Source: an uncultured Mycoplasmatota bacterium
Lineage (GTDB): Bacteria > Bacillota_I > Bacilli_A > RF39 > UBA660
NCBI GenBank assembly: GCA_900551105.1
Contig: URUT01000002.1
Location: 1-61,802 of the forward strand
Reading direction: 5' to 3'
DNA: 61,802 nt
Below, piece after piece: positions 17,566 to 27,025 of this stretch; positions within the stretch are counted from its first letter, which is position 1; each line of letters opens with the position of its first letter. The notes below the pieces were generated by a model. The model saw nothing but the letters and a program-made list of their open reading frames with translations, had not been told where the DNA came from and did not search any database. Made by a program: the position numbers and the translations under genes.

Positions 17566-19485
17566 ATGAAAAAAATAAAATTCTTATACAAAACTATATT
17601 ATTTTTAACAATCTCATTTACTGTAATAATACTTTGTTTATATGCCTATGCCTACTTTTCTCCAAAAATAACACTAAATTCTGCTAATGCAATTTTTATG
17701 TATGATAACCAAGGCGAATTAATCTTTCAAACTAACAACAATAAAAAATGGGTAAACTTAAATGATATATCGCCTGATTTAAAAGATGCCACCATTAGTA
17801 TTGAAGATAAAAACTTCTACAATCACTTCGGCTTTGACTATCTAAGAATCATTAAATCCCTTTATTTAAACGTTAAAACTAAATCAATAACCGCTGGAGC
17901 ATCAACTATTTCTCAGCAGTACGTCAAAAATTTATATTTAGACTTTAATCAAACTTGGAAAAGAAAAATTGAAGAAGCCTTATTAACTTTAAACTTAGAA
18001 GTTCACTACACTAAAGATGAAATACTAGAAGGTTATTTAAATACTATCAATTATGGTCAAGGAAACTTTGGTATTCAAAGTGCAAGTGAATACTATTTTG
18101 ATAAAGAAAGTAAAGATTTAACCTTAGAAGAAGCAATCATGCTAGCTGGAATTCCTAAAAGTCCCGAAAACTATAATCCAGTTAGTAATTACGACAAATG
18201 CATTAAAAGAGCAAAAGTAGTTGCTGCATCTATGTATAAAAACAACTATATAACTAAAGAAGAATATGATAACTTATTCCAAAATGAAATACCTATTTAT
18301 GGCAAGAAAAAAACTAATAACATGCAAACCTTAATGTACTATCATGACGCCGTTATAAGTGAATTAAATAGTATCAAAAACGTTCCAAAAGATTTGATTA
18401 AATCTGGTGGTTTAAAAGTTTATACAAATTTAGATATCAATACCCAAAAAAAATTAGATGAAACCTTCATCCAATATAAAGAAAAAGACAATGTTGAACT
18501 TGCCAGTATCATAACCACTCCTAAAGATGGCAAAATAATTGCTTTAGCTGGTGGTTATAATTATGCAAAAAGTCAGTTTAATAGAGCTACTCAAGCCAAA
18601 AGACAAGTTGGATCTACCATCAAACCATTTCTCTACTACGCTGCACTAAACAATAACATGACTGAAGCAAGCACATTTAAAAGCGAAGTAACAAGTTTCG
18701 TTTTTGGTAATGGTGAAAATTATTCTCCTAAAAATTATAGTAATACTTATGCAAATAAAGACATAACCATGGCTGCTGCTCTTGCCTATTCCGACAACAT
18801 ATATGCTGTTAAAACTCATCTATTTTTAGGTGAAGATGAACTAGTAAAAACTCTTAAATACGCTGGGCTTAAAACAAAATTAAATCCTAATCCATCTCTT
18901 GCTCTAGGCGCTGAAGATATAAATCTATTAGACTATGCTGAAGCATATAACACTCTCGCAAATTATGGAACACACAATGAGCTATACTTAATTGAAAGAA
19001 TAGAAGATAATAAAGGAAATTTAATCTACCAACACAAAGATAAAAGCGAAGAAGTCTTAAACAAAGATAATATCTATATCTTAAACGAAATGATGACCAG
19101 TACCTATAACCCAATATTCAATGATTATATGTCGCCAACTATTCTATCACTAAACAGTAGATTAACTAAAAAATATGCAATTAAAAGTGGTACAACCAAC
19201 AGTGATTACCTTATAGTAGGATATAACCCAGATATCTTTATGATGGTTTGGGCAGGAAATGACTATAACGAAAACGCAAGTTCTAAATACTCTAGTATTA
19301 TCAAAAATATATGGTGTGATAACGTAGAATATTATTTAAAAGATAAAGAAACATCTTGGTACGAGCCATCAGACAACATTGTTGCAATGCCATTAGATGC
19401 TATCACCGGTGAATATAATCCTAATAGTGATAAAAATACATTATTTTACTTTAAAAAAGGTTCAGAACCTATTTTTGCAAACTAA
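17566..19485 (+). CDS. Class A penicillin-binding protein (glycosyltransferase + transpeptidase)
   Basis: 639 aa with a TM anchor, GT51 motifs 'EDKNFYNHFGFD' and 'RKIEEA', and transpeptidase motifs 'STIKP' and 'KSGTT'. Confidence 0.9.
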   Translation: MKKIKFLYKTILFLTISFTVIILCLYAYAYFSPKITLNSANAIFMYDNQGELIFQTNNNKKWVNLNDISPDLKDATISIEDKNFYNHFGFDYLRIIKSLYLNVKTKSITAGASTISQQYVKNLYLDFNQTWKRKIEEALLTLNLEVHYTKDEILEGYLNTINYGQGNFGIQSASEYYFDKESKDLTLEEAIMLAGIPKSPENYNPVSNYDKCIKRAKVVAASMYKNNYITKEEYDNLFQNEIPIYGKKKTNNMQTLMYYHDAVISELNSIKNVPKDLIKSGGLKVYTNLDINTQKKLDETFIQYKEKDNVELASIITTPKDGKIIALAGGYNYAKSQFNRATQAKRQVGSTIKPFLYYAALNNNMTEASTFKSEVTSFVFGNGENYSPKNYSNTYANKDITMAAALAYSDNIYAVKTHLFLGEDELVKTLKYAGLKTKLNPNPSLALGAEDINLLDYAEAYNTLANYGTHNELYLIERIEDNKGNLIYQHKDKSEEVLNKDNIYILNEMMTSTYNPIFNDYMSPTILSLNSRLTKKYAIKSGTTNSDYLIVGYNPDIFMMVWAGNDYNENASSKYSSIIKNIWCDNVEYYLKDKETSWYEPSDNIVAMPLDAITGEYNPNSDKNTLFYFKKGSEPIFAN

Positions 19486-19516
19486 AAGCAGATCAATCAT
19501 TACTATCTGCTTTTTC
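19485..19516 (+). terminator. Intrinsic terminator of the PBP gene, overlapping the parB 3' end
   Basis: AAAGCAGAT (19485-19493) pairs with ATCTGCTTT (19505-19513) and runs into a T-run. Confidence 0.5.
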
Positions 19517-20629
19517 TATTTTAATAATCATTTGATATAAATCTTCAAAGTCAAAATCCTCTGATGATACATTATAACCAGCATTCTTTAACTCTGTAAC
19601 AAATTTATTGTACGCCTCTTTTACACTATCTAAATTATTTTCTTTTATAACAAATGTAGCTTCAGGCTTATCTTCTTTCTTCTCTACAACAGTTTCTTCT
19701 GGTTTTTCAACTTCAGTCAAAGGTGCTGAAAAAGATGATATATCATTAGTAAGCGGGCTTGAAGACTGAACGTTATTAAAAGGATTAAACTCTTCTAACT
19801 TATCTATTGGTTCAATATTCATATTAGTTATTTCATCTTCTAAAGAAGGCACATCAACTGGTTTTTCAAAATTAAATAAATTAAATTTATTTTTTTCTTT
19901 TGATGGTTCTTCAATATCTAAAGTTTCTACAGGATTAGATTGTTCTTCATTAAATATTGGTGCTTGCTCTTGAGCATCTTTTACATCAGAAAATGTAGGA
20001 TTTTCCATTGGCTCAAAAACAATTTCCCCATTAAGCTTTTTTATTTCATCATCTAATTGTCTAACAGTTAACCTCTCATTGATAACTTTATTTAATAAAT
20101 CAACCTGAACCTTTGGATCAGTTACAGTTAATAAACTTCTAGCATGTCTTTCACTAATTTTTTCATTCATAAGCGCATCTTGTGCTTCCATAGTTAAATT
20201 TAAAAGTCTTAATTTATTGGCAACTGTTGACTGTGATACGCCTATTTTTTTTGCTAATTCCTCTTGGGTTAACCCCTCTTTATCCAAAATCTTCTTATAA
20301 CTTTTAGCTTCTTCTAATGAATTTAAATTTTTTCTTTGAACGTTTTCAACTAAGGCCAGCTCAGCACTCTTATTATCATCAATATTAGAAATAATCGCAG
20401 GTACTTCAGTTAAACCAGCCAATGTTGCAGCTTTATATCTTCTTTCACCAGCAATAATTTCAAACTTATCCCCAAGTCTTCTTAAGACAAGTGGCTGAAT
20501 TATCCCATGCTCCTTTATTGAAGCAGCAAGTTCATTTAATGTCTTTTCATCAAAGGTTAAACGTGGTTGAAATCTATTTGGAATTATCAAATCTATATTA
20601 ATATTTTGTATTAAAGGCTCTCTATTCAT
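19493..20629 (-). CDS. parB: ParB/Spo0J-family partition protein with a long C-terminal extension
   Basis: 378 aa with 'IIPNRFQPR', the CTP/arginine-patch motif 'IIAGERRYKAA' and HTH 'QEELAKKIGVSQSTVANKLRLL'. About 130 aa of acidic/Asn/Pro-rich linker and a ~45-aa terminal domain follow. Confidence 0.85.
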   Translation of the reverse strand: MNREPLIQNINIDLIIPNRFQPRLTFDEKTLNELAASIKEHGIIQPLVLRRLGDKFEIIAGERRYKAATLAGLTEVPAIISNIDDNKSAELALVENVQRKNLNSLEEAKSYKKILDKEGLTQEELAKKIGVSQSTVANKLRLLNLTMEAQDALMNEKISERHARSLLTVTDPKVQVDLLNKVINERLTVRQLDDEIKKLNGEIVFEPMENPTFSDVKDAQEQAPIFNEEQSNPVETLDIEEPSKEKNKFNLFNFEKPVDVPSLEDEITNMNIEPIDKLEEFNPFNNVQSSSPLTNDISSFSAPLTEVEKPEETVVEKKEDKPEATFVIKENNLDSVKEAYNKFVTELKNAGYNVSSEDFDFEDLYQMIIKIEKADSND

Positions 20630-20657
20630 AATAAACCCTTCCTATTCTAACATAATA

Positions 20658-21386
20658 TTACTTTATTTTTAGCATTTTTGCAAGTGGACATTTTAATATT
20701 TTATCATAACTTCTAGGATACCCATCTTTTGTTACTTGTATTTTTTTGATATTAATTAAACATCTTTCACCAGCATCCTTAGGTAAATCAAATTTAATAA
20801 TGTTATCAATATCTGCTCCTAAAAAAGCAATTACTGATTTTACACTATCTAGTTCTTCATCACATTTTCCCTTCATTGCAACAAATCTGCCACCCACACG
20901 GCAAAAAGGTATACAAAGTTCAGTCAAGATATTTAAATCAGCAACTGCTCTAGAAACTACAACATCAAACCTACTTTCTTGTTTAAAAAATTCTTCAGCT
21001 CTATCACAAACAACTGTAACATCTATTAAATTCATTTTTTCTACTACATAATTTAAAAATTTCACTTTTTTGCCGTTACTATCAAGCAATGTAATTTTAA
21101 TATTTGGAAACGCTATTTTTAATACCATCCCTGGAAAACCAGGTCCTGTTCCAACGTCTAAAACTGTTTCATTCGTAAATTTATATGCTTTCACTAATGT
21201 TAAACTATCATAAAAGTGTTTTAAATATACATCTTCTAAATTTCTAATCGCTGTTAAATTAACTCGGGTATTATAATCTAATAGAATATTAGCAAATTCA
21301 CGTAACCTAGCTACTTGCTCGTCACTTAAATCAATATTTAAAATCTTTAACTGATTTAAAAATTCACTCTCACTCACTTTTGCCAT
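20658..21386 (-). CDS. rsmG: 16S rRNA (guanine527-N7)-methyltransferase
   Basis: 242 aa with 'LDVGTGPGFPG'. It is in the canonical position after mnmG and overlaps it by 17 nt. Confidence 0.9.
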   Translation of the reverse strand: MAKVSESEFLNQLKILNIDLSDEQVARLREFANILLDYNTRVNLTAIRNLEDVYLKHFYDSLTLVKAYKFTNETVLDVGTGPGFPGMVLKIAFPNIKITLLDSNGKKVKFLNYVVEKMNLIDVTVVCDRAEEFFKQESRFDVVVSRAVADLNILTELCIPFCRVGGRFVAMKGKCDEELDSVKSVIAFLGADIDNIIKFDLPKDAGERCLINIKKIQVTKDGYPRSYDKILKCPLAKMLKIK

Positions 21387-23235
21387 ACTCCTTCTTTAAA
21401 TAAACAGCTAAAATTGAAATATCAACTGGATTTACCCCACTAATCCTAGAAGCCTGTGCTATAGACACGGGTCTAACTAATTTAAGCTTTTGTCTAGCCT
21501 CACTAGCTAGATTTTTTACTTGATCATAATCTATATCTTCAGGAATTAATTTTTCTTCTAATTTTAGCAATTTTTTAGCTTCATCAAATTCCTTTTTTAT
21601 ATAACCTTCATATTTAACAATAAATTCTACTTGTTCTAAAACATCATCACCATAATTTGTATCTATTAATTCATTTTCAACATAATCACTAATTTTAATT
21701 TCAGGTCTCTTTAAGAATTCATACAAACTATGACCACTACTTAATACAATATTTAAATTTTTAAAACTTTCAGGTAGTGTATTGTTGGTAATTTTCTTTG
21801 ATTTTAGCTCTTCAATTAGTTTTTCAATGTTATTTTTTTTAGTTAATAATTTATCATATCTATTCTGATCTATTAATCCTACATTATACCCATACTCACG
21901 CAATCTAATATCTGCATTATCATGTCTTAAAAGCAAACGAAACTCTGCTCTAGAAGTCAATAATCTATAAGGCTCTTTAGTTCCCTTAGTCACTAAATCA
22001 TCAATTAAAACCCCAATATATGCTTCATTTCTTTTTAATATCAAAGGTTCCTTATTAAATATTTTCAAACCAGCATTAATACCAGCTATTAACCCCTGAC
22101 AAGCGGCCTCTTCATAACCACTAGTGCCATTTATTTGGCCAGCAGTAAATAAATTTTTAATAACTTTCGTTTCCAAAGAAGGATTTAACTGTAATGGATT
22201 AATTGCATCATACTCAATAGCATAAGCATATTTTTTAATAACGGCATTTTCTAAACCTTCTAAACTATGAACCATTTCTTCTTGAACATCTATTGGCATA
22301 CTAGTAGAAAAACCTTGTAAATATAAATCATCATAATATAAACTTTCGGGTTCTAAAAATAACTGATGTCTATCTCTATTTGCAAATCTTACTACCTTAT
22401 CTTCAATTGAAGGACAATATCTTGGCCCAATCCCCTCAGCATAACCACCATACATTGCACTTCTTTTTAAATTATTTCTTATTATTTCATGAGTTTTTAA
22501 ATTTGTATAAACAACATAACATTTTTCCTGTTTATCTTTATCATAAAAAGGTAGATTATCAAAACTAAAAGTCCAGTATCTATCATCACCGCATTCTTCT
22601 TTTAACTTAGAAAAATCAACACTGCTTCTTTCTATTCTTTGTGGGGTGCCAGTCTTTAATCTTTGTATTTCAAAACCATAGTCAGCCAATTTTGTACTTA
22701 AATCTTTACTTCTACGTTCTCCGTGTGGACCTTCATACTTAAAAGTATCGCCAACTAATATTTTACTATTTAAATATGTTCCAGTAGTTAAAATTACAGC
22801 CTTAGAATAACATTTATTACCATTTTCAAAAACAACACCATTAACAGAATCATCATTGATTATTAAATCTTCAACCATAGCTTCTTCAATTGTTAAATTT
22901 TCAGTATTTTCTAGTTCTCTAAGCATTTCTTTTGGATAAGTAATTTTATCTGCTTGAGCTCTTAATGATCTAACAGCAGGTCCCTTAGCATTATTAAGCA
23001 TTTTAATTTGGATATGAGTTTTATCTGCTACCTTACCCATAAGACCGCCCAAAGCATCTATTTCTCTAACAACTATTCCCTTAGCAGTTCCACCAATTGA
23101 AGGATTACAAGGCATATCAGCAATATTATTTTTATTAGCACTTACTAAAAGAGTTTTTAACCCCATAACCGCAGTAGCATGCGCAGCTTCACAACCAGCA
23201 TGACCACCACCTACAACAATAACATCATAATTCAT
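21370..23235 (-). CDS. mnmG: tRNA uridine 5-carboxymethylaminomethyl modification enzyme MnmG
   Basis: 'YDVIVVGGGHAGCEAA' FAD motif. I prefer the ATG at 23235 (AGGTG 5 nt upstream) over the ORF-track start at 23259, which would overlap mnmE. Confidence 0.95.
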   Translation of the reverse strand: MNYDVIVVGGGHAGCEAAHATAVMGLKTLLVSANKNNIADMPCNPSIGGTAKGIVVREIDALGGLMGKVADKTHIQIKMLNNAKGPAVRSLRAQADKITYPKEMLRELENTENLTIEEAMVEDLIINDDSVNGVVFENGNKCYSKAVILTTGTYLNSKILVGDTFKYEGPHGERRSKDLSTKLADYGFEIQRLKTGTPQRIERSSVDFSKLKEECGDDRYWTFSFDNLPFYDKDKQEKCYVVYTNLKTHEIIRNNLKRSAMYGGYAEGIGPRYCPSIEDKVVRFANRDRHQLFLEPESLYYDDLYLQGFSTSMPIDVQEEMVHSLEGLENAVIKKYAYAIEYDAINPLQLNPSLETKVIKNLFTAGQINGTSGYEEAACQGLIAGINAGLKIFNKEPLILKRNEAYIGVLIDDLVTKGTKEPYRLLTSRAEFRLLLRHDNADIRLREYGYNVGLIDQNRYDKLLTKKNNIEKLIEELKSKKITNNTLPESFKNLNIVLSSGHSLYEFLKRPEIKISDYVENELIDTNYGDDVLEQVEFIVKYEGYIKKEFDEAKKLLKLEEKLIPEDIDYDQVKNLASEARQKLKLVRPVSIAQASRISGVNPVDISILAVYLKKEYGKSE

Positions 23236-23243
23236 AAATTCAC

Positions 23244-24599
23244 CTACTTTCCTAAACAAAATCTAGAAAACAACTCATCAAGTAAATCCTCATCATAAGT
23301 TTTACCAATAATTTTTCCTAATAAATCATAAGCTTCTTTAATATCAATAGTATACATATCAATTGGAACTAAATTTTCTACACTATTTAAAGCATTATTA
23401 ATACACTCACTTACTTTTTTTATTAAAGAGATTTGACGAGCATTTGAAATAAAAGAAAAATCACTACTTTCTAACTCATTAATTTTAAACATTTCAATTA
23501 TTTTATTTTTTAAATTTACTAACCCTTCTTCACTCATTGTATTACCATAAACAACCATTTCAGAATCTAAATCAGAATAATCATTTGAAGACTGTAAATC
23601 ATTTTTATTAATGAATACTATTTTTTTACAATCATAATTTTCTAATAATTTCAAATCGTCAAAATTAAATCTTTCAGAATTATCTATAACATAAATAATC
23701 AAATCTGCTTCTTGTGCTTTATCCAAACTCTTTTTTACCCCTATTTTTTCAACCTCATCTACTGTTTCTCTTAAACCAGCAGTATCAATAAAATTAAGAG
23801 TTATTCCTTCTAAATTTATTTTTCCCTCAATAATATCCCTCGTAGTTCCCGGAATATTAGTAACAATAGCCCTATTTTCTTCTAATAAATTATTTAAAAT
23901 ACTACTCTTTCCAGCATTAGGTTTTCCTAAAAGAACAACGTTTATTCCCGTTCTAACAAGTTTTCCATTTAATGCGGTATTTAATAAATTACTAACATCT
24001 TTATTAATCTCAGTAAGTTTAGGTTTAATAGTATCTAAAGTATATTCTTCAGCTTCTTCGTATTCAGGAAAATCAATATTTACCTCTAATTCTGCTTGTA
24101 ATCCTAAAAGTTTAGCTCTTAAATCTTCTATTTTAGTAGTTAAACCACCTCTTATTTGTTTAATAGCTAACTTTCTAGCCTTTTCACTAGAAGCCTCAAT
24201 CAAATCACTAACGGCTTCAGCCTCTACTAAATCTATTCTACCATTTAAAAAGGCTCTTTTAGTAAATTCACCCGGTTCGGCAAGTTCACAACCATTATTA
24301 AGCAAAACCTCAAGAACTTTAGATGTTGTTAAAACCCCACCATGAACATTAATTTCTACTACATCTTCTCTTGTAAAAGTCTTTGGAGCAAGCATAACAG
24401 AAACTAACACTTCATCTATAACTTCTTCTTTATCCACGATAAAACCATAATGTATAGTATGAGACGGAACATTTAATAAATTTTTTCCTTTAAATACTCC
24501 ATTAACAATTTTTACAGCATCAACTCCACTACATCTAACAATTGAAATTGCACTTGTACCAACTGCTGATGATATTGCACAAATAGTTCTGTTATCCAT
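23244..24599 (-). CDS. mnmE: tRNA modification GTPase MnmE
   Basis: G-domain 'GKPNAGKSS', 'DTAG', 'NKND' and the C-terminal 'FCLGK'. I prefer the ATG at 24599 (GAGGAGG upstream); the ORF-track TTG at 24614 lies in the SD. Confidence 0.95.
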   Translation of the reverse strand: MDNRTICAISSAVGTSAISIVRCSGVDAVKIVNGVFKGKNLLNVPSHTIHYGFIVDKEEVIDEVLVSVMLAPKTFTREDVVEINVHGGVLTTSKVLEVLLNNGCELAEPGEFTKRAFLNGRIDLVEAEAVSDLIEASSEKARKLAIKQIRGGLTTKIEDLRAKLLGLQAELEVNIDFPEYEEAEEYTLDTIKPKLTEINKDVSNLLNTALNGKLVRTGINVVLLGKPNAGKSSILNNLLEENRAIVTNIPGTTRDIIEGKINLEGITLNFIDTAGLRETVDEVEKIGVKKSLDKAQEADLIIYVIDNSERFNFDDLKLLENYDCKKIVFINKNDLQSSNDYSDLDSEMVVYGNTMSEEGLVNLKNKIIEMFKINELESSDFSFISNARQISLIKKVSECINNALNSVENLVPIDMYTIDIKEAYDLLGKIIGKTYDEDLLDELFSRFCLGK

Positions 24600-24661
24600 A
24601 TTCTTCCTCCTCAATCACGGTATTATAACACATAACGTAAAAAAAATAAAAAAACCCATTA

Positions 24662-25270
24662 TTAATTAATAGGCTTTACAATAATATGTCTATTAGGCTC
24701 TTCACCTTCGCTTATGGTAGTAACACCCTTAAAATCAGTTAAGACGTTATGCACAATTCTTCTTTCATAAGAATTCATATTATCCATCATAATTTCTTTT
24801 CCTGTTGATCTTACCTCTCGAGCTATATTTTTAGCTAATCTTTCTAAATGCATAACTTGCTTATCCTTATAATTTTCGACATCTAAATTTAAATAAGGAT
24901 ATACATTTATTTTTGAATAAACTGCCTGCTTACATATTGCAGTAAGTGCTGTCAACGTTTGACCATTTTTTCCAATCAATATAGGATTATTATCAGAATA
25001 CATTTTAATATTAATTTGTTTTTCTCTTATACTAACTTCATAAGTTGCTTTAATTCCTAAATTACTTATTATTCTGTCTAAAACATCTTTAACATAATTT
25101 GCAATATCTGAATTTAAAAATATATGAAATTTTACAGTTCCTGATTTAAACAATTTACCCTTAACTTCTTCCTTTGTAAAAAGAATATCAGTTTCACTTA
25201 CCTTTAAATCTTCTAATGCTTTATTTAAAACCTCTTCTGCAATCTTGCCTTCATAAACATATTCTTTCAT
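24662..25270 (-). CDS. khpB: Jag/KhpB RNA-binding protein (KH + R3H)
   Basis: 202 aa with a C-terminal R3H region 'ERRIVHNVL'. It immediately follows yidC. Confidence 0.85.
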   Translation of the reverse strand: MKEYVYEGKIAEEVLNKALEDLKVSETDILFTKEEVKGKLFKSGTVKFHIFLNSDIANYVKDVLDRIISNLGIKATYEVSIREKQINIKMYSDNNPILIGKNGQTLTALTAICKQAVYSKINVYPYLNLDVENYKDKQVMHLERLAKNIAREVRSTGKEIMMDNMNSYERRIVHNVLTDFKGVTTISEGEEPNRHIIVKPIN

Positions 25271-26199
25271 TATTTACTTCTCCTTTTACTTAACACAAAA
25301 TTTTGAATAACACTAAATCCATTAGTTACAACCCAATATAACGCTACGGCAGTTGGTAAACTAAATGATGCTATTGAAATAAACACAATCATAAATATTG
25401 TCATATACTTCATTTGACTTTGTTGTTCACTACTAGCAGAGTTTTTCATATTATAACTCAAAGATAAATATGTAGTAAGAATTATCAATGCTATTAAAAT
25501 AATATAATAATAATTTCCATTTTTTAATGCTACTAAAGGAGTTGTTCCAAGTTGGTATGCTCCCAAATATTCTTCAAAAATAACCGGAATTCTATTAATT
25601 GCCTCTAAAAACGCTAAGAATAAAGGAATTTGTATAAAACTCATTAAACAACTACCTAAAGGTTTAATATCATACTTATTATAAATCTGCATCATCTCTT
25701 GATTTCTTTGCATTAGAGCATCTTTATCAGTACGATTTCTATATTTTTCTTCTAACCTACTTAATTCTTTCTGAGCTTTTTGCATATTTTGACTTTGTCT
25801 CATTGTTTTAGCAGTAAGTGGCATCATAATTAATCTAATTAGTAATCCAACAAGCATTACAGAAACACCATAACTTTTAACTAATGAACCTATTTTAATA
25901 ATAACCCAAGCAAGCGGTGTTACAAAAAATTGAACCCATAAATTGCTATAATTCTTTGTACTAAATACCTTCATCTCATCACAAATTGGTAAATCTTCTA
26001 AATCAACATCTAAGTTATCCTTATATTGTTCATAAATCTTTAATAAATCTTTGTCTTCCGGTTTACATAAAATATTAGATGGTAAACTTTGTCCAGTTAC
26101 CTCATAAACCACTCTTTTTTTATTATCATCAGAAATATATTTAGTACAACCACTTAAAGTTAACAAAATTACTACTAGTAATAACATCTTCTTTTTCAT
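25270..26199 (-). CDS. yidC: YidC/SpoIIIJ membrane protein insertase (lipoprotein)
   Basis: 309 aa with lipobox 'LTLSGC' and the 60-kDa IMP core with 'MRQSQNMQ...'. Confidence 0.9.
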   Translation of the reverse strand: MKKKMLLLVVILLTLSGCTKYISDDNKKRVVYEVTGQSLPSNILCKPEDKDLLKIYEQYKDNLDVDLEDLPICDEMKVFSTKNYSNLWVQFFVTPLAWVIIKIGSLVKSYGVSVMLVGLLIRLIMMPLTAKTMRQSQNMQKAQKELSRLEEKYRNRTDKDALMQRNQEMMQIYNKYDIKPLGSCLMSFIQIPLFLAFLEAINRIPVIFEEYLGAYQLGTTPLVALKNGNYYYIILIALIILTTYLSLSYNMKNSASSEQQSQMKYMTIFMIVFISIASFSLPTAVALYWVVTNGFSVIQNFVLSKRRSK

Positions 26200-26526
26200 T
26201 TATTTCACCTTTTTTAATAAATCTAAAAATTTATTTTCCATCTCTTCATAATCTATTGTATCACAACTTTTTTTGATTAAAACTATATAATCGTATTTTT
26301 GATTAAACTTTTCATAATTAATTCTCATAATATTTCTTAATCTTCTTTTATATAAATTTCTTTTATAAGCTTTTCCAAACTTGTTACTTATCGCAATTCC
26401 TATTCGTGATAGTTCATTTTTTCTTTCCCTTATATACATAATGAAGAAATAATTTTTAAAAACTGTCGCTTTATGAAAAAATAAATCAAATTCCCTTTTA
26501 TCTTTTATTCTTAAATTTTCTTTCAT
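26200..26526 (-). CDS. rnpA: Ribonuclease P protein component
   Basis: Basic ~108-aa protein ('KAYKRNLYKRRLRN') directly downstream of rpmH. I prefer the ATG at 26526 (GGAG upstream) over 26556. Confidence 0.85.
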   Translation of the reverse strand: MKENLRIKDKREFDLFFHKATVFKNYFFIMYIRERKNELSRIGIAISNKFGKAYKRNLYKRRLRNIMRINYEKFNQKYDYIVLIKKSCDTIDYEEMENKFLDLLKKVK

Positions 26527-26567
26527 ATATAATACTCCATATAGAATAAAAACCACATATACGTGGC

Positions 26568-26690
26568 TTACTTACATAATACTTTGCGTCCTTTTGCTCT
26601 ACGTCTTTTTAATATATTACTAGCTTTTCTTGCAAAAAAACCAAACTTTTTCTTCATTTTACGATTATTAGGTTGAAAAGTTCTTTTCAT
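26568..26690 (-). CDS. rpmH: 50S ribosomal protein L34 (not in the ORF track)
   Basis: Hand translation gives [40 protein letters not shown] (40 aa). SD GGAGGTG lies upstream, and this is the canonical position between oriC and rnpA. Confidence 0.9.
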   Translation of the reverse strand: MKRTFQPNNRKMKKKFGFFARKASNILKRRRAKGRKVLCK

Positions 26691-26810
26691 AAAAAATTGC
26701 ACCTCCACATCAATTAAAGCGCTTTTATTATATTATATTAAATTCCTCAAGTCAACTAAAATATTTATCTTTGTGATTATCTGCAAAAATAAATTTAATA
26801 AATTTTAAAA

Positions 26811-26972
26811 AAGTGCAAATTGTTGAAATGTTTTTTTGGTGTTAATTTCATTTTGTGGAAATTGTTGAAAAGTGAAGCAACTTATTATATTATAAGTAAT
26901 TATTTGTTAATAATTGTGTTGAAAAAAGGGTGGATTTTGATTTTTCTTATTTTCAGTCTTTATTTTTCAACA
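26811..26972. promoter_or_regulatory. oriC left half: cluster of degenerate DnaA boxes upstream of dnaA
   Basis: TGTTGAAAT 26821-26829; abutting pair TGTGGAAAT/TGTTGAAAA 26854-26871; TGTTGAAAA 26927-26935; TTTTCAACA 26964-26972. All lie in the 335-bp rpmH|dnaA spacer, where gene orientation switches. Confidence 0.6.
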
Positions 26973-27025
26973 GAGTTGTTTTACAATATTAGTGAGTTAA
27001 GAAATTTATCAAGTGGGGTGATGGA

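Noticed and set aside
26553-26566. Hairpin CCAC-N6-GTGG plus a T5 run (minus strand) between rpmH and rnpA, considered as an internal attenuator.
   Set aside because: The stem is only 4 bp, too weak to call. It is useful only as an argument that rnpA starts at 26526 rather than 26556.
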